64,000 nucleotides of DNA from an uncultured Pseudomonadales bacterium (GTDB lineage Bacteria > Patescibacteriota > Microgenomatia > UBA1400 > PJMF01), in assembly GCA_964570365.1 (NCBI GenBank), contig CAZMXT010000003.1, positions 3,339-67,338 of the forward strand, written 5' to 3'. Position numbers and translations under genes: made by a program. Shown piece after piece: positions 19,005 through 28,782 of the stretch. The notes beneath the pieces were generated by a model that saw nothing but the letters and a program-made list of their open reading frames with translations, had not been told where the DNA came from and did no database searches. Position 1 is the first letter of the stretch, and each line of letters starts with the position of its first letter.

Positions 19005-19241
19005 TTAAATCACATTCTTATCCGTCACTAAGTTGCCCTTTTTCTCTGCTTCTTTTGCCGCTCTCAGGTCAGATTTTGCTTGGCTTGACATTTCAAAAAG
19101 TGGATACTCTACATCTTGAACGTCATTGATCACTAGATTGCGAATATACGCTGACAAACTCAAGCCATTCTTACTGGCCTTAGTCTGTAAAAAACCTTGA
19201 AGCTGAACGGGCAATGTTACCCGAATTTGAGCTGTGTACAT
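19005..19241 (-). CDS. Type II antitoxin, ribbon-helix-helix (DinJ-like)
   Basis: 78 aa. The N-terminal beta-strand/helix segment (IRVTLPVQLQGFLQTKASKNGLSLSAYIRNLV) is followed by a DinJ-like tail. It sits 22 nt upstream of the RelE/YafQ-like gene. Confidence 0.65.
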   Translation of the reverse strand: MYTAQIRVTLPVQLQGFLQTKASKNGLSLSAYIRNLVINDVQDVEYPLFEMSSQAKSDLRAAKEAEKKGNLVTDKNVI

Positions 19242-19395
19242 GTGATCAGTACAAGGCTAAAATAAGTACTTTTCAAGTATAATTAAAGCCTACTTTATGC
19301 ACATGATGCACTACTGAAAAAGATTATATATCATCGTGCTAACACAACAACATTTTCTATCTCGAAAAACTCTGTAGATCTGATACACTTGCGCT

Positions 19396-20397
19396 ATGGT
19401 ACATATTGTTCAGCGCCTGACCACCCAAGACTCCATCCGCTCGTTGACTCCAACTGAGGTCCAACTGGGGTGTCAAATACTGAAGACGAACCTAGCCTGG
19501 CAACCTGGCGACAGTATCTTCATTACCGCCAGCCCTGAAATGCTAGAAAAAGAAGCTGCAATTTGGTTTGAAGCGGCAAAAACGCTCACCCACGATGTTC
19601 AACTCTTCGTCGTCGAGGGCATGACCCACAGTGGCGAGGAACCACCTGATGAGGTCGTCCAGCAGTGCACCCAAGCTGATATCTCACTTCTCCACACTTT
19701 TTACTCGCTGACCCACACTCAAGCCGGCAAAGCGATCGTGAAATCTGGCCGGCGCGGTGCTAGTTTACCAGGGGTCAGTTATGAGCTGATGTTTCGGACT
19801 CTTAATGCTGACTACTCCCCGATCAAGAGTTTAGGCGAGAAAATCAAAAATCGTCTAGAAAACGCCCAAACCATGCACATTACTACTCAAAACGGCACTG
19901 ACCTATCGGCTAAAATTCGCCGGCCAGCCATCTACAACGATGGTGGTATTTTTACAGCTGGTGAGCTGGGTAACTTGCCTGCCGGTGAGGTCTTTTTTGC
20001 TCCCCTACTTGGCTCTATGAATGGCACCCTGGTCGTTGATGGCTCGATTGCAGATGATCAGCTAGATACGCCAATTAAAATTACCGTAGAAAATGGCCTG
20101 GCCACCAACTTCAGTGGTGGATTGGCAGCCAGCAACTTAGAAAAAAAGCTCCGCGCATATGGCGAAGATGGCTTGCGTGCTGCCGAGATCGGAATTGGCA
20201 CCAACCGTGATACTAGTCCAACTGGAGATTTGATTGAGGCCGAGAAAGCCTATGGCACCGTACACATTGCCTTTGGGAATAGCAGTGCGATTGGAGGCGA
20301 GATTAATGTGCCAATTCACCTGGATGGTGTGGTGTTGTATCCTCGAGTTGAGATTGATGGCAAAGTAATTCTAGAAAAGGGTGAGTTCTATGTCTAA
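19396..20397 (+). CDS. M29-family aminopeptidase (AmpS/PepS-like)
   Basis: Conserved blocks ...GNLPAGEVFFAP..., ...GTVHIAFGN..., ...IHLDGV... typical of thermophilic-metalloprotease M29 aminopeptidases. Confidence 0.65.
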   Translation: MVHIVQRLTTQDSIRSLTPTEVQLGCQILKTNLAWQPGDSIFITASPEMLEKEAAIWFEAAKTLTHDVQLFVVEGMTHSGEEPPDEVVQQCTQADISLLHTFYSLTHTQAGKAIVKSGRRGASLPGVSYELMFRTLNADYSPIKSLGEKIKNRLENAQTMHITTQNGTDLSAKIRRPAIYNDGGIFTAGELGNLPAGEVFFAPLLGSMNGTLVVDGSIADDQLDTPIKITVENGLATNFSGGLAASNLEKKLRAYGEDGLRAAEIGIGTNRDTSPTGDLIEAEKAYGTVHIAFGNSSAIGGEINVPIHLDGVVLYPRVEIDGKVILEKGEFYV

Positions 20398-21652
20398 CCA
20401 AGTTCCTCAAACGCTCAAAGGATTTCGCGACTTCTTGCCCAGAGAAAAACGGAATCGCGACTACGTCGCTCAGAAGGTAAAGAACGTTTTTGAGAGACAT
20501 GGCTTTGCTCCTCTGGAAACTCCTACGCTCGAGTACGCTTCCCTGTTACTTGGTAAGTACGGCACTGAAGCCGACAAGCTTGTCTATACCTTTGATGACC
20601 GAGGTGACCGCCAAGTGGGTTTGCGCTATGACCAAACCGTCCCCACCGCCCGGGTACTGTCTCAGTACCAGAACGAGTTACCGCGCTACTTTCGCCGCTA
20701 TCAGATGCAGAATGTATTCCGGGCAGATAAACCCCAAAAAGGTCGTTATCGTGAGTTTAGCCAATGCGACTGCGATATTTTTGGCAGCACTTCTGCAGTG
20801 GCTGACGCTGAGATCCTGTCCGTGTACTATGAAGTCTTCCAGGAAGTTGGCTTGAGCTCAATTGTAATCGAGATAAATGACCGCCAAACCTTGCTCGCAA
20901 CTCTCTCACCTTTTGTTACCGATCACGTGGGCGTCCACTCGATTGTTCAATCAATTGACAAGCTCGATAAAGTCAGTCCTGAAGAAGTTGCTCAGGAACT
21001 GGTGAGCAAAGGACTCGAGCTCAGTGCTGCTCAGGCAGCCGTAGCCTCCATCGAGACTGCGCAAATGTCTGAGAATCTAAAGCAAATTATTAGTAATGCA
21101 ACTGCGCTCGGCGTTCACCCTGACGCGCTCCGCTTTACCCCCAGAATTGCCCGAGGACTTGACTACTACACCGGCATGATTTTTGAGGGCAGGGTCCCCG
21201 AGTATACAGTGGGATCTGTGGGTGGCGGTGGCCGTTATGATAACTTGATTAACAGCTTAGCCGGTCTGGAGATGCCAGCCGTGGGGTTTGGAATTGGTTT
21301 TGACCGGACCGTTGAAGCTGCAGAGCAACTCAACCTGATTCCCCTAGAAGAAAGCAGTACTCGAGTGCTAGTTACTATCTTTGAAGAAAAGTACGTGACA
21401 GATTCTCTCAAAGTTGCTCGGGAGCTCAGAAAGTTAGGAATTACCACCGAGGTCTACCCTGCAGTGGATAAGTTGGCCAAACAGTTCAAGTTAGCCGATC
21501 AGAAACAGATTCCGTTTGTGGTCACGATCGGCGAAACAGAAGTAGTTCAAGGTAAAGTAGCACTCAAAAACATGAAGACTGGCGAACAACAAATTATCAC
21601 TATTGAAGAAGCGAGCAGACTCGTCTCAGCCGGCCAATCCAAGCCTGACTAA
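20381..21652 (+). CDS. hisS: Histidine--tRNA ligase
   Basis: Class II aaRS motifs and HisS-specific blocks (GFRDFLP, RYDQTVPTARV, FRRYQMQNVFRADKPQKGRYREFSQCDCDIFG, GGGRYDNL). Its start overlaps the end of the upstream peptidase gene. Confidence 0.9.
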   Translation: MSSMSNQVPQTLKGFRDFLPREKRNRDYVAQKVKNVFERHGFAPLETPTLEYASLLLGKYGTEADKLVYTFDDRGDRQVGLRYDQTVPTARVLSQYQNELPRYFRRYQMQNVFRADKPQKGRYREFSQCDCDIFGSTSAVADAEILSVYYEVFQEVGLSSIVIEINDRQTLLATLSPFVTDHVGVHSIVQSIDKLDKVSPEEVAQELVSKGLELSAAQAAVASIETAQMSENLKQIISNATALGVHPDALRFTPRIARGLDYYTGMIFEGRVPEYTVGSVGGGGRYDNLINSLAGLEMPAVGFGIGFDRTVEAAEQLNLIPLEESSTRVLVTIFEEKYVTDSLKVARELRKLGITTEVYPAVDKLAKQFKLADQKQIPFVVTIGETEVVQGKVALKNMKTGEQQIITIEEASRLVSAGQSKPD

Positions 21653-22351
21653 AATTTTGCCTTTCAAACGAGACGAGAATCTTTTATCAAACCAGATTGC
21701 CAACGGCGTGAGTAACAAGATGACCGTAGCAAACCAAGCAAGGGGAGCTTCAGAAATAGTTAAGCGATTTTCTATTAACGACTTTAAGATAATGAGCGAA
21801 AAAATTGGTAAATAGAATCGCTCTAACCTCCAGGTATTTCCATAAATAATGGTCTTGTAAAAACTCCAGCTCATCAGTACTGCAGATAAGCCAATGAGCT
21901 TTAGTGAGGTAATTTGAGGGTAAATAACTAAATCTTTAATCTCACTGAGCGCCGCAGAGTACAAAGTTAAACTGACTGAGAGGTAAAGTAACTTATGAGA
22001 AATGCGTAAATGCAGCGCCCGCACCACCTTCTGACGGCGATCTTTCCAATGCCCTATCCCCCGCCGATCTTCTAAGTACTTTGCTATCCCATGAACCGTA
22101 CTCATAATTACGCTCAAGATCAGACTGAAAATAAAGAGCTTTCGCTCTCTGCTGATTCGAAATCCAGGCATAATTTGAAAGTCTGGAGCAATAAACAAGA
22201 AAAAGCACACAATCGCTCCTACTCCAAGGAGGATAAATAAAAATTCGCTAGGGATAAGGATGACACGCTTTTTATTACGACGATCAACCCTGGCATACCA
22301 AAGCGTTGCAATAAAGTAGAGTACTGAAGCAAAAAAGATAAAAGCTGTCAT
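21626..22351 (-). CDS. Hypothetical polytopic membrane protein
   Basis: 241-aa hydrophobic ORF with 6-7 TM helices. Convergent with hisS, overlapping by 27 nt. Confidence 0.5.
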   Translation of the reverse strand: MTAFIFFASVLYFIATLWYARVDRRNKKRVILIPSEFLFILLGVGAIVCFFLFIAPDFQIMPGFRISRERKLFIFSLILSVIMSTVHGIAKYLEDRRGIGHWKDRRQKVVRALHLRISHKLLYLSVSLTLYSAALSEIKDLVIYPQITSLKLIGLSAVLMSWSFYKTIIYGNTWRLERFYLPIFSLIILKSLIENRLTISEAPLAWFATVILLLTPLAIWFDKRFSSRLKGKILVRLGLAG

Positions 22352-22512
22352 TACTTTATTATTATACGGGTAAGTACTGGCAAGAATAAAGATCCACTCC
22401 CCTTTTCATGCTATAATGACCCTTCAAATATTGGCTCGTATTCAAGCGAGTCACAAGGACTTGAAAAGCGCCAGTTCCATTCCGAACCTGGTTACACTTT
22501 TCAAACAAAGAT

Positions 22513-22893
22513 ATGAAACAAAATCTCCATCCCCAGTGGAATCATGCAGCAGTGGTCACTTGCAGCTGTGGAAATACCTTTACTACCGGCTCTCAACAGG
22601 ATTCATTTACTGTAGATATCTGTAACAAGTGTCACCCTTTCTTCACTGGTGAGATGCGCTTCGTCGACCGACAAGGTCGCGTGGATCGCTTCATGCAGAA
22701 GATGAATGTGGCTCAACAGAAACAGGCTGCAAAATCGAGTGCCAAAAAGGCCGCTCCTCCAGTAGATCCAGAAATTGCTGAAGAGTTGGCCAGTGGTGAA
22801 ACACTGTCCTACAAGCAAATTCTGCAAAAAGAGCAAAACAAGCTCAAGAACATGGCAAAAAACCGTGTTCCAGAGCAAGTGAAAGCCGCCTAG
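22513..22893 (+). CDS. rpmE: 50S ribosomal protein L31 with a Lys/Ala-rich C-terminal extension
   Basis: MKQNLHPQWNHAAVVTCSCGNTF...CNKCHPFFTGEMRFVDRQGRVDRF is canonical L31 including the zinc ribbon (CxC...CxxC). About 55 extra C-terminal residues. Confidence 0.85.
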   Translation: MKQNLHPQWNHAAVVTCSCGNTFTTGSQQDSFTVDICNKCHPFFTGEMRFVDRQGRVDRFMQKMNVAQQKQAAKSSAKKAAPPVDPEIAEELASGETLSYKQILQKEQNKLKNMAKNRVPEQVKAA

Positions 22894-22987
22894 ATACGAA
22901 CTTTAATCAAACCAGTAGGCAGCTTTGTCTACTGGTTTTTTGTTGAGAAATCATTAAGAAGCAGGACTCAGGCTTCCTGTAGAATAG

Positions 22988-23965
22988 ATGTACGGCACTA
23001 TGCCAGACTTTAACCCATATCAATATCAACTCGATCAAGTTCAGCAACGGATCGCAGAAAATGCTGCCTTGGTCAACGACCCCGAGCTAGGTGAGTTAGC
23101 CCGAATGGAGCTAGCGCAGTTGGAACAAGAAAAGACCCAACTAGAAGCTGCTGTATCTCAACTTGATGGCGGAGCAGGTGGTGCAACTGGTGAACAGCAA
23201 ATCATCACTAACTGTATGATCGAAATTCGTCAAGGGGCTGGCGGTGATGAAGCCAAAATTTGGGCAAATGACCTGCTGCGCATGTATACCAGATTCATCG
23301 AAAATACGTCTCTAAAAATGGAGTTTCTTGATGAACTCGTAGTAAAGATAAAAGGTCGGATGACGATTAACGAGCAACAGAGTACTGCCTACGAGCTGCT
23401 GCGTTTTGAATCTGGTGTTCACCGGGTCCAACGTGTCCCTGCGACCGAGTCCCAAGGCAGAATTCACACCTCTACTGCTTCTGTGGTGGTTATTCCTGAA
23501 GTTAAGAAAAATGCGGTGGAAATTAAAGATGATGAGCTGGAGTGGCAGTTTATGCGCGCTGGCGGCGCTGGCGGCCAAAATGTGAATAAGGTCAACTCGG
23601 CAGTTCGTTTAACTCACGTGCCTTCTGGCATCAGTGTCAGCTCGCGCCAGGAACGGAGTCAGTCGCAAAATCGCGAAATCGCCTTAGATTTGCTCCGCGG
23701 CCAACTCTGGGAGATGCAAGAAGAAAAACGACTTCTGGAGCTTGGTGAAGCGCGAAGCGCGATCGGGCGAGCGCAGCGAGCTGAGAAGATTCGCACCTAC
23801 AACTATCCTCAAAATCGCGTCACCGACCACCGGATCAATGAGTCTTGGTATAACCTCGAAGCAATTATGGAGGGGGATCTGGAAGACGTGCTGGTTAAAG
23901 TAAATCAGGCATTACTTGTAGGCGAAGTGGCCGAGTCAAAGAAAGAAGAAGCAACTATTACTTGA
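22988..23965 (+). CDS. prfA: Peptide chain release factor 1
   Basis: GGQ motif (RAGGAGGQNVNKV) and the RF1-type tripeptide region RVQRVPATESQGRIHTS (PxT). The true start may be the ATG at 23000. Confidence 0.88.
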   Translation: MYGTMPDFNPYQYQLDQVQQRIAENAALVNDPELGELARMELAQLEQEKTQLEAAVSQLDGGAGGATGEQQIITNCMIEIRQGAGGDEAKIWANDLLRMYTRFIENTSLKMEFLDELVVKIKGRMTINEQQSTAYELLRFESGVHRVQRVPATESQGRIHTSTASVVVIPEVKKNAVEIKDDELEWQFMRAGGAGGQNVNKVNSAVRLTHVPSGISVSSRQERSQSQNREIALDLLRGQLWEMQEEKRLLELGEARSAIGRAQRAEKIRTYNYPQNRVTDHRINESWYNLEAIMEGDLEDVLVKVNQALLVGEVAESKKEEATIT

Positions 23966-25211
23966 GTGCTTCTTCTTTTGCTTTCTCAATTACTTCATCT
24001 AACTCTGTATCGGGATCATCCTTGACTTCAATGGCTACTGGAATTCCTGCCTCATGAATCCAGTCCCCTTTTGGCAGTAGCCAGCGGGCGATAGTAACGT
24101 GGAGACCCGCGCCATTATCTAGTCGCAATGCATCTTGGACAGTTCCCTTACCAAAAGTTTTTTCACCAATCAACTTTGCATCACGACGATCTCGTAATGC
24201 CCCAGCCACAATCTCTGCTGCAGACGCGCTGCCCCCATTAACCACTACTACTACTGGGTAATCAGCCAAGCGACTCGTCCCAACTACGCTGTAGTCACGT
24301 TTCGTAGACTTTCCCTGTTGGGTAACAACCAAGCCACTTTTAATAAACTCACTGGCAACGGTAATCGCACCATCTAAGAAACCACCTGGGTTATTTCTGA
24401 GGTCTAAGATCACAGCATCCACTTTTGGTGTTTGAGTCAAGATATCTTGAATGGCTAAGTTAAGTTCGGCATCAGTCCGCTCGCCAAACCTGGAGAGAGT
24501 GATTAGCGCAGCTTTTTTCCCATTGTGCTCTATGAAGCTGTGCTCAACAGAAGGAACAATAATTTCATCACGAGCTAAGGTGACTTGAAATGGCTCTGCC
24601 TTTTCTTCCCTGCGCAGTAAAGTTAAAGTAATGGATGTGCCCCGTTCTCCCCGAATATGATCAACTCCTTCAGATAAGGACCAGCCTTGTGTATCAGAAT
24701 CTAAACCTTTGCGATCATCTTTAACGTGAAGAATTAAGTCTTTGGCTTTGACCCCAGCCTTCTCAGCAGGCATCCCCTTCAATGGTGTGGTCACCGCTAA
24801 AACATTATCAATGTAGCCAAGCTGAATCCCTACGCCAAAGAAAGAACCGTGCAGATCTTCTTCGTTACGTTTTTGATCTTCTGGAGGCAGAAAAACTGTG
24901 TATGGATCTCCCAACGCAGCAGTCATGCCCTTGATAGCTCCATAGACCATCTCATCTTTTTTAAGCTTCTCTGGATCGAGGTAGCTTTTTTCTAAAGTAC
25001 TCCAGACTTGCCAAAAAGTATCAAACTCAATCGTCTTGAAGTCATCCGGTTGCTCAGTCTTGGTGACCCGAATATTACTGACCTTTTCTATAGCAGTACT
25101 GACCAGGGGAATATTTTCTTTACCACCAATTTTGTAGCCAACGACTCCACCAACTAGAACCAGTAAAAGTCCAATAATGATCTGACGAAAAGTCTCACGG
25201 GATTTTTCCAT
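23958..25211 (-). CDS. S41-family C-terminal processing peptidase (Ctp/Prc-like) with PDZ domain
   Basis: N-terminal TM anchor, PDZ region, and the hallmark S41 block GVILDLRNNPGGFL with the catalytic Ser/Lys region. Confidence 0.85.
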   Translation of the reverse strand: MEKSRETFRQIIIGLLLVLVGGVVGYKIGGKENIPLVSTAIEKVSNIRVTKTEQPDDFKTIEFDTFWQVWSTLEKSYLDPEKLKKDEMVYGAIKGMTAALGDPYTVFLPPEDQKRNEEDLHGSFFGVGIQLGYIDNVLAVTTPLKGMPAEKAGVKAKDLILHVKDDRKGLDSDTQGWSLSEGVDHIRGERGTSITLTLLRREEKAEPFQVTLARDEIIVPSVEHSFIEHNGKKAALITLSRFGERTDAELNLAIQDILTQTPKVDAVILDLRNNPGGFLDGAITVASEFIKSGLVVTQQGKSTKRDYSVVGTSRLADYPVVVVVNGGSASAAEIVAGALRDRRDAKLIGEKTFGKGTVQDALRLDNGAGLHVTIARWLLPKGDWIHEAGIPVAIEVKDDPDTELDEVIEKAKEEALK

Positions 25212-25259
25212 AAGGTTCTATTGTAGTAACTTCGGCAACCGAAATCCACTATTGATAAA

Positions 25260-25484
25260 TTAATCTAATGTCTGGGTAAATGGTAACAAAGCCAAGTGAC
25301 GAGAATACTTTACTTCTTTAGTAAGGCGTTTCTGTTGTTTTTGACTTAGACCAGTTTTTACTCTTGGAATAATGTAGCCCTGCTCGCTCATAAAGCGACG
25401 CAATGACTTCACATCCTTGTAGGTAAAGACGAGATTTTTATCAGCCTTTGGGGGCTTTTGAAAATTTCTTGAACTTGATTGCAT
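25260..25484 (-). CDS. rpsR: 30S ribosomal protein S18
   Basis: 74 aa. ...FTYKDVKSLRRFMSEQGYIIPRVKTGLSQKQQKRLTKEVKYSRHLALLP... matches S18. It is the last gene of the rpsF-ssb-rpsR operon. Confidence 0.9.
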   Translation of the reverse strand: MQSSSRNFQKPPKADKNLVFTYKDVKSLRRFMSEQGYIIPRVKTGLSQKQQKRLTKEVKYSRHLALLPFTQTLD

Positions 25485-25515
25485 GTTTTCCTTTTATTTT
25501 TTTCTCAATGTTTAT

Positions 25516-26061
25516 TTAAAATGGGATATCTACTTCTTCTGAGATATCTTCTACTGCTGAAACTTCATCACTTGCCGTTGCGTTTTCTTCGGCTGACTCA
25601 TTTTTGACAGCTTTCTTTCGAGGTGACTTAGCTGGTGCGCTGGCAGGAACTGCTTGACTACCCTCTTCAGAGCTACTGACATCGGTACTTGAGTTGTCTT
25701 GGGAGTAACCACTACTTCCGCCTCGTGCAGTCAGAATGATCATGTTATCAATGATTACTTCGGTGGTTCGTTGGTCTTGGCCCTCTTTGTTCTGCCACTC
25801 ACGAGTTTGTAATCTTCCTTCCACATAGACCTTATCGCCTTTGTGCAGAAATTGGCCACAAATCTCAGCCAGTTTGGACCAGGCAACGATGTTGTGATAA
25901 TCAGCTCGTTCTTGTTTCTCTCCACCATCAGCTGGGGTCCAGGTACGGTTCGTTGCAATACTAAAACTACAAACAGCGGCTCCGGTAGGAGTAAATCGCA
26001 TGTTTGGGTCTCGGGTTAGGTTACCAATGAGCATAACCTTGTTGAGTGAACGAACTGACAT
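25516..26061 (-). CDS. ssb: Single-stranded DNA-binding protein
   Basis: OB-fold N-terminus (MLIGNLTRDPNMRFTPTGAAVCSFSIATNRTW), a low-complexity acidic linker and the canonical C-terminal tail ...EEVDIPF. Confidence 0.9.
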   Translation of the reverse strand: MSVRSLNKVMLIGNLTRDPNMRFTPTGAAVCSFSIATNRTWTPADGGEKQERADYHNIVAWSKLAEICGQFLHKGDKVYVEGRLQTREWQNKEGQDQRTTEVIIDNMIILTARGGSSGYSQDNSSTDVSSSEEGSQAVPASAPAKSPRKKAVKNESAEENATASDEVSAVEDISEEVDIPF

Positions 26062-26075
26062 AAACCTCCCTTAAT

Positions 26076-26429
26076 TTATTTTGCTTCGGTTGGAGCAGGA
26101 GCTTGATTTAACTGCTTTTCATCAGCCACCAGTAACAAGTGACGCATAATCTTACTAGATAAGTAAATATCTCGCTCTAGATTTTGCGCTTCAGTTGGGA
26201 CCAACTCAAGAACTAAATGAGTATAGTAGCCTTCTGATTGCTTCTTACCTTCATGGCTAATAATGTAGGCTAAAGGTCGACGACCCCAGTCTTCATTGTT
26301 GACCACTTTGGCCTTGTATTTTTTGAGGATTTTCTCGACTTCATCTTTCACGGTGGTTGCCTCACTATCAGTGAGAGAACCAGGGAGAACGAAAGTCAAT
26401 TCGTACGTTCGGAGTTGAACGTTATCCAT
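26076..26429 (-). CDS. rpsF: 30S ribosomal protein S6
   Basis: Start at ATG 26429..26427 (MDNVQLRTYELTFVL...). The upstream 19 codons of the track ORF were rejected. Typical S6 fold sequence in conserved operon position. Confidence 0.85.
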   Translation of the reverse strand: MDNVQLRTYELTFVLPGSLTDSEATTVKDEVEKILKKYKAKVVNNEDWGRRPLAYIISHEGKKQSEGYYTHLVLELVPTEAQNLERDIYLSSKIMRHLLLVADEKQLNQAPAPTEAK

Positions 26430-26642
26430 GTTGTTCCTTTCTGCTTGCCCAGGATTGGTTGGATCTCCTAATATTGGAGAAGGCAAGTCATGAAAGACGA
26501 TTATAACATGAACGAAACGAGCTCCGTCCTCAGAAAATTCGGCTGTGCAGCTAAAAAGTAAACATCAATCTTCCTTCCATCGAAGTAATTTATAACTATC
26601 GGTAGTTTAGGAAAGAATTCTTACGTAAAGCGTAGGAAAATT

Positions 26643-27725
26643 TTAGGAACCAATCATGAACTCCACCACATCGCCTTCTCTCATGATGTAGTCTCGGCCT
26701 TCAACCCGGAGCTTTCCTTGCTCTCGAACACCTTTCCAGCCCTTTTGATCAAGAAAGTCTTGATAATCAGTGATGTTCGCCCGAATAAACTTCTTCATAA
26801 AGTCGGTGTGAATTTCCCCTGCTGCTTGAACTGCAGTTGAGCCTTTCCGAATAGTCCAGGCCCTGACCTCTTTCTCGCCTGCTGTCAAAAAGCTCTGCAA
26901 ACCTAAAATGTCATACGCTGACTTAATTAAGCGGGCTAAACCGCTTTCTGTTACCCCCAGGTCAGTCAAAAATAACTGCTGGTCTTCTTCACTGAGTGCA
27001 CCCAGCTCACTTTCAACTTTGGCGGAAATAATAATGATCTGCTCAGGTGTCACCCCAATCTCAGCAGCATACGCTTTTTGCAGTTCTACGTGATTTTTCA
27101 ACTGGCTTTCATCGACATTTACAGCAAAAAGTTCGGGTTTGGCGCTTAATAAGGAAAGTTCTTTGGCCACCACACCCTCTTCGTCAGTACTAATAACTTG
27201 ATTAACCGAGTGCCCATCAGCCACTGCTTTGAGAAATTTTTCGATCACTTGCCAGCGTTTTTGCTCAACTGGGGTAACGCCACTCTTTGGCGCTTTTTGT
27301 TTTTCTAAAGTAGAAAGGTCGGCGAGCTGCAACTCAACTCGAATAGTCTCGAGATCTGATTTAGGGTCGCTGCTCCCTTCCCGAATAATGTCAGTATCTG
27401 AAAAACCACGCAGCACGTGGCAAATTGCCAGAGTTTCTCTGATGTGCGACAAAAATTGATTTCCTAAGCCAGCGCCTTGGCTAGCCCCTTTGACTAAGCC
27501 AGCGATATCGACGAACTCAACCATCGCCGGAAGAATTTTTTGGGAGTTGACTGTGGAGGCGAGCGCAGCGAGCCGCTCATCTGGAACCGGCACAATCCCA
27601 ACGTTCGGTTCAATCGTAGCAAAAGGGTAATTAGCGGCTAAAGCAATCTGCTGTTTGAGCAGTGCATTGAAAAGAGTTGATTTGCCAACGTTGGGTAAAC
27701 CAACGATGCCGATAGAGAGATTCAT
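26643..27725 (-). CDS. ychF: Ribosome-binding ATPase YchF (Obg-family GTPase/ATPase)
   Basis: G1 motif GIVGLPNVGKSTLFNALL, the YchF-specific helical insert and a C-terminal TGS domain. Confidence 0.9.
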   Translation of the reverse strand: MNLSIGIVGLPNVGKSTLFNALLKQQIALAANYPFATIEPNVGIVPVPDERLAALASTVNSQKILPAMVEFVDIAGLVKGASQGAGLGNQFLSHIRETLAICHVLRGFSDTDIIREGSSDPKSDLETIRVELQLADLSTLEKQKAPKSGVTPVEQKRWQVIEKFLKAVADGHSVNQVISTDEEGVVAKELSLLSAKPELFAVNVDESQLKNHVELQKAYAAEIGVTPEQIIIISAKVESELGALSEEDQQLFLTDLGVTESGLARLIKSAYDILGLQSFLTAGEKEVRAWTIRKGSTAVQAAGEIHTDFMKKFIRANITDYQDFLDQKGWKGVREQGKLRVEGRDYIMREGDVVEFMIGS

Positions 27726-27746
27726 AAAGAGTATTCTACACTGAGC

Positions 27747-28115
27747 CTATTCCAAGCTCTCCAATATTTTTGTTTTGCCAAAAAATGCTAATTTTTGCAG
27801 CTGTTTATCATGCGTCAAGAAAATGTCAGCCTCGACCATAGCGGCACTGTGAAGTTGGATATTGTCTTCAAAATCTGGTGTCGGCCCCACCAAAGCTTGA
27901 GTGGAAATGAGATGGTCAATACTCACCAAGGTAAAAGACTTCATTAACTTCTGCAGAAAATCATTTGGTAACTTGTATTTGTAGACATAAATAAGGATGT
28001 GTAACGTTAGGGGTGAGACATAAACCGCATGTCCAGTGAGAAGTGACAAATCTGTTCGTGTTTTTCGCTCACACAAATCAATAAATACATTGGCATCTAA
28101 GTAAACTTTAGCCAT
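27747..28115 (-). CDS. PIN-domain ribonuclease toxin (VapC-like)
   Basis: 122 aa. The N-terminal YLDANVFID supplies the first acidic residue and later acidic residues follow (…VEADIFLTHD…). Overlaps the upstream antitoxin gene by 8 nt. Confidence 0.7.
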   Translation of the reverse strand: MAKVYLDANVFIDLCERKTRTDLSLLTGHAVYVSPLTLHILIYVYKYKLPNDFLQKLMKSFTLVSIDHLISTQALVGPTPDFEDNIQLHSAAMVEADIFLTHDKQLQKLAFFGKTKILESLE

Positions 28116-28365
28116 ATTTCTGCTTCAAATGTTGAGAATATACTTTTTCTTTTTTTGCCTTGGAAAAAATTTTCGTGGGTTTAATTTTGGCAAATAATTT
28201 TTCTAACTCAGCGGTATCTGTGATCACTGGAGGAGAAATAGTCTGCGGCGTAATTATACCGATCACTTGTGATCGATGTACCAAAGAAACTGAAGATCCT
28301 TTTTGCAATAACTTAACCAACTCAGAAGATTGAGTGCGTAAATTCGTAGTTGTCAGATATAACAT
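28108..28365 (-). CDS. Phd/YefM-family antitoxin (partner of the PIN toxin)
   Basis: Start chosen at ATG 28365..28363 (MLYLTTTNLRTQSSELVKLLQKGSSVSLVHRSQVIGIITP...), which matches the Phd/YefM N-terminal fold pattern. The longer upstream extension in the track ORF is probably non-coding. The start could alternatively be further upstream. Confidence 0.55.
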   Translation of the reverse strand: MLYLTTTNLRTQSSELVKLLQKGSSVSLVHRSQVIGIITPQTISPPVITDTAELEKLFAKIKPTKIFSKAKKEKVYSQHLKQKYG

Positions 28366-28782
28366 ATGTACATTTAAATATACACTTAAATGATCATTTG
28401 TCAAACTTTCCAGGTACATTGAAGACCTAGATTTGCAGGTTGCCTGGAGTAGGGCTCGAACGCATGCTTTCGAAGAGCCTATTAGTAACTCAGATGATGC
28501 CATCCTCAACAATCATAATCGAGCGTTTTCTCTCCTCTACCTCATCCGGGGAGAAGTCTTCCGCTAACAAGGCAATACTTCGCTCGCAACTGAGGAGTTT
28601 CGTAAAGCTGTTCTCTATAATAAAAATCTGCTGGAAGCACAGCAATCACTCACTAGTTTCTAGTAAGAAGTCCAGCTTAGACTGAAGTGTCAGAACAAGA
28701 GTTTACGTAGCAAGCTTTTTAAATTTTTTGATTAATTCTTGGTCGAAGGAAAGAACTGTACCTTTTGTGTATTGGCTCTTTG

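Noticed and set aside
28366-28512. Long N-terminal extension (to 134 aa) of the Phd/YefM-like antitoxin ORF
   Set aside because: Phd/YefM antitoxins are about 80-90 aa and the extension is not protein-like. The start remains uncertain.
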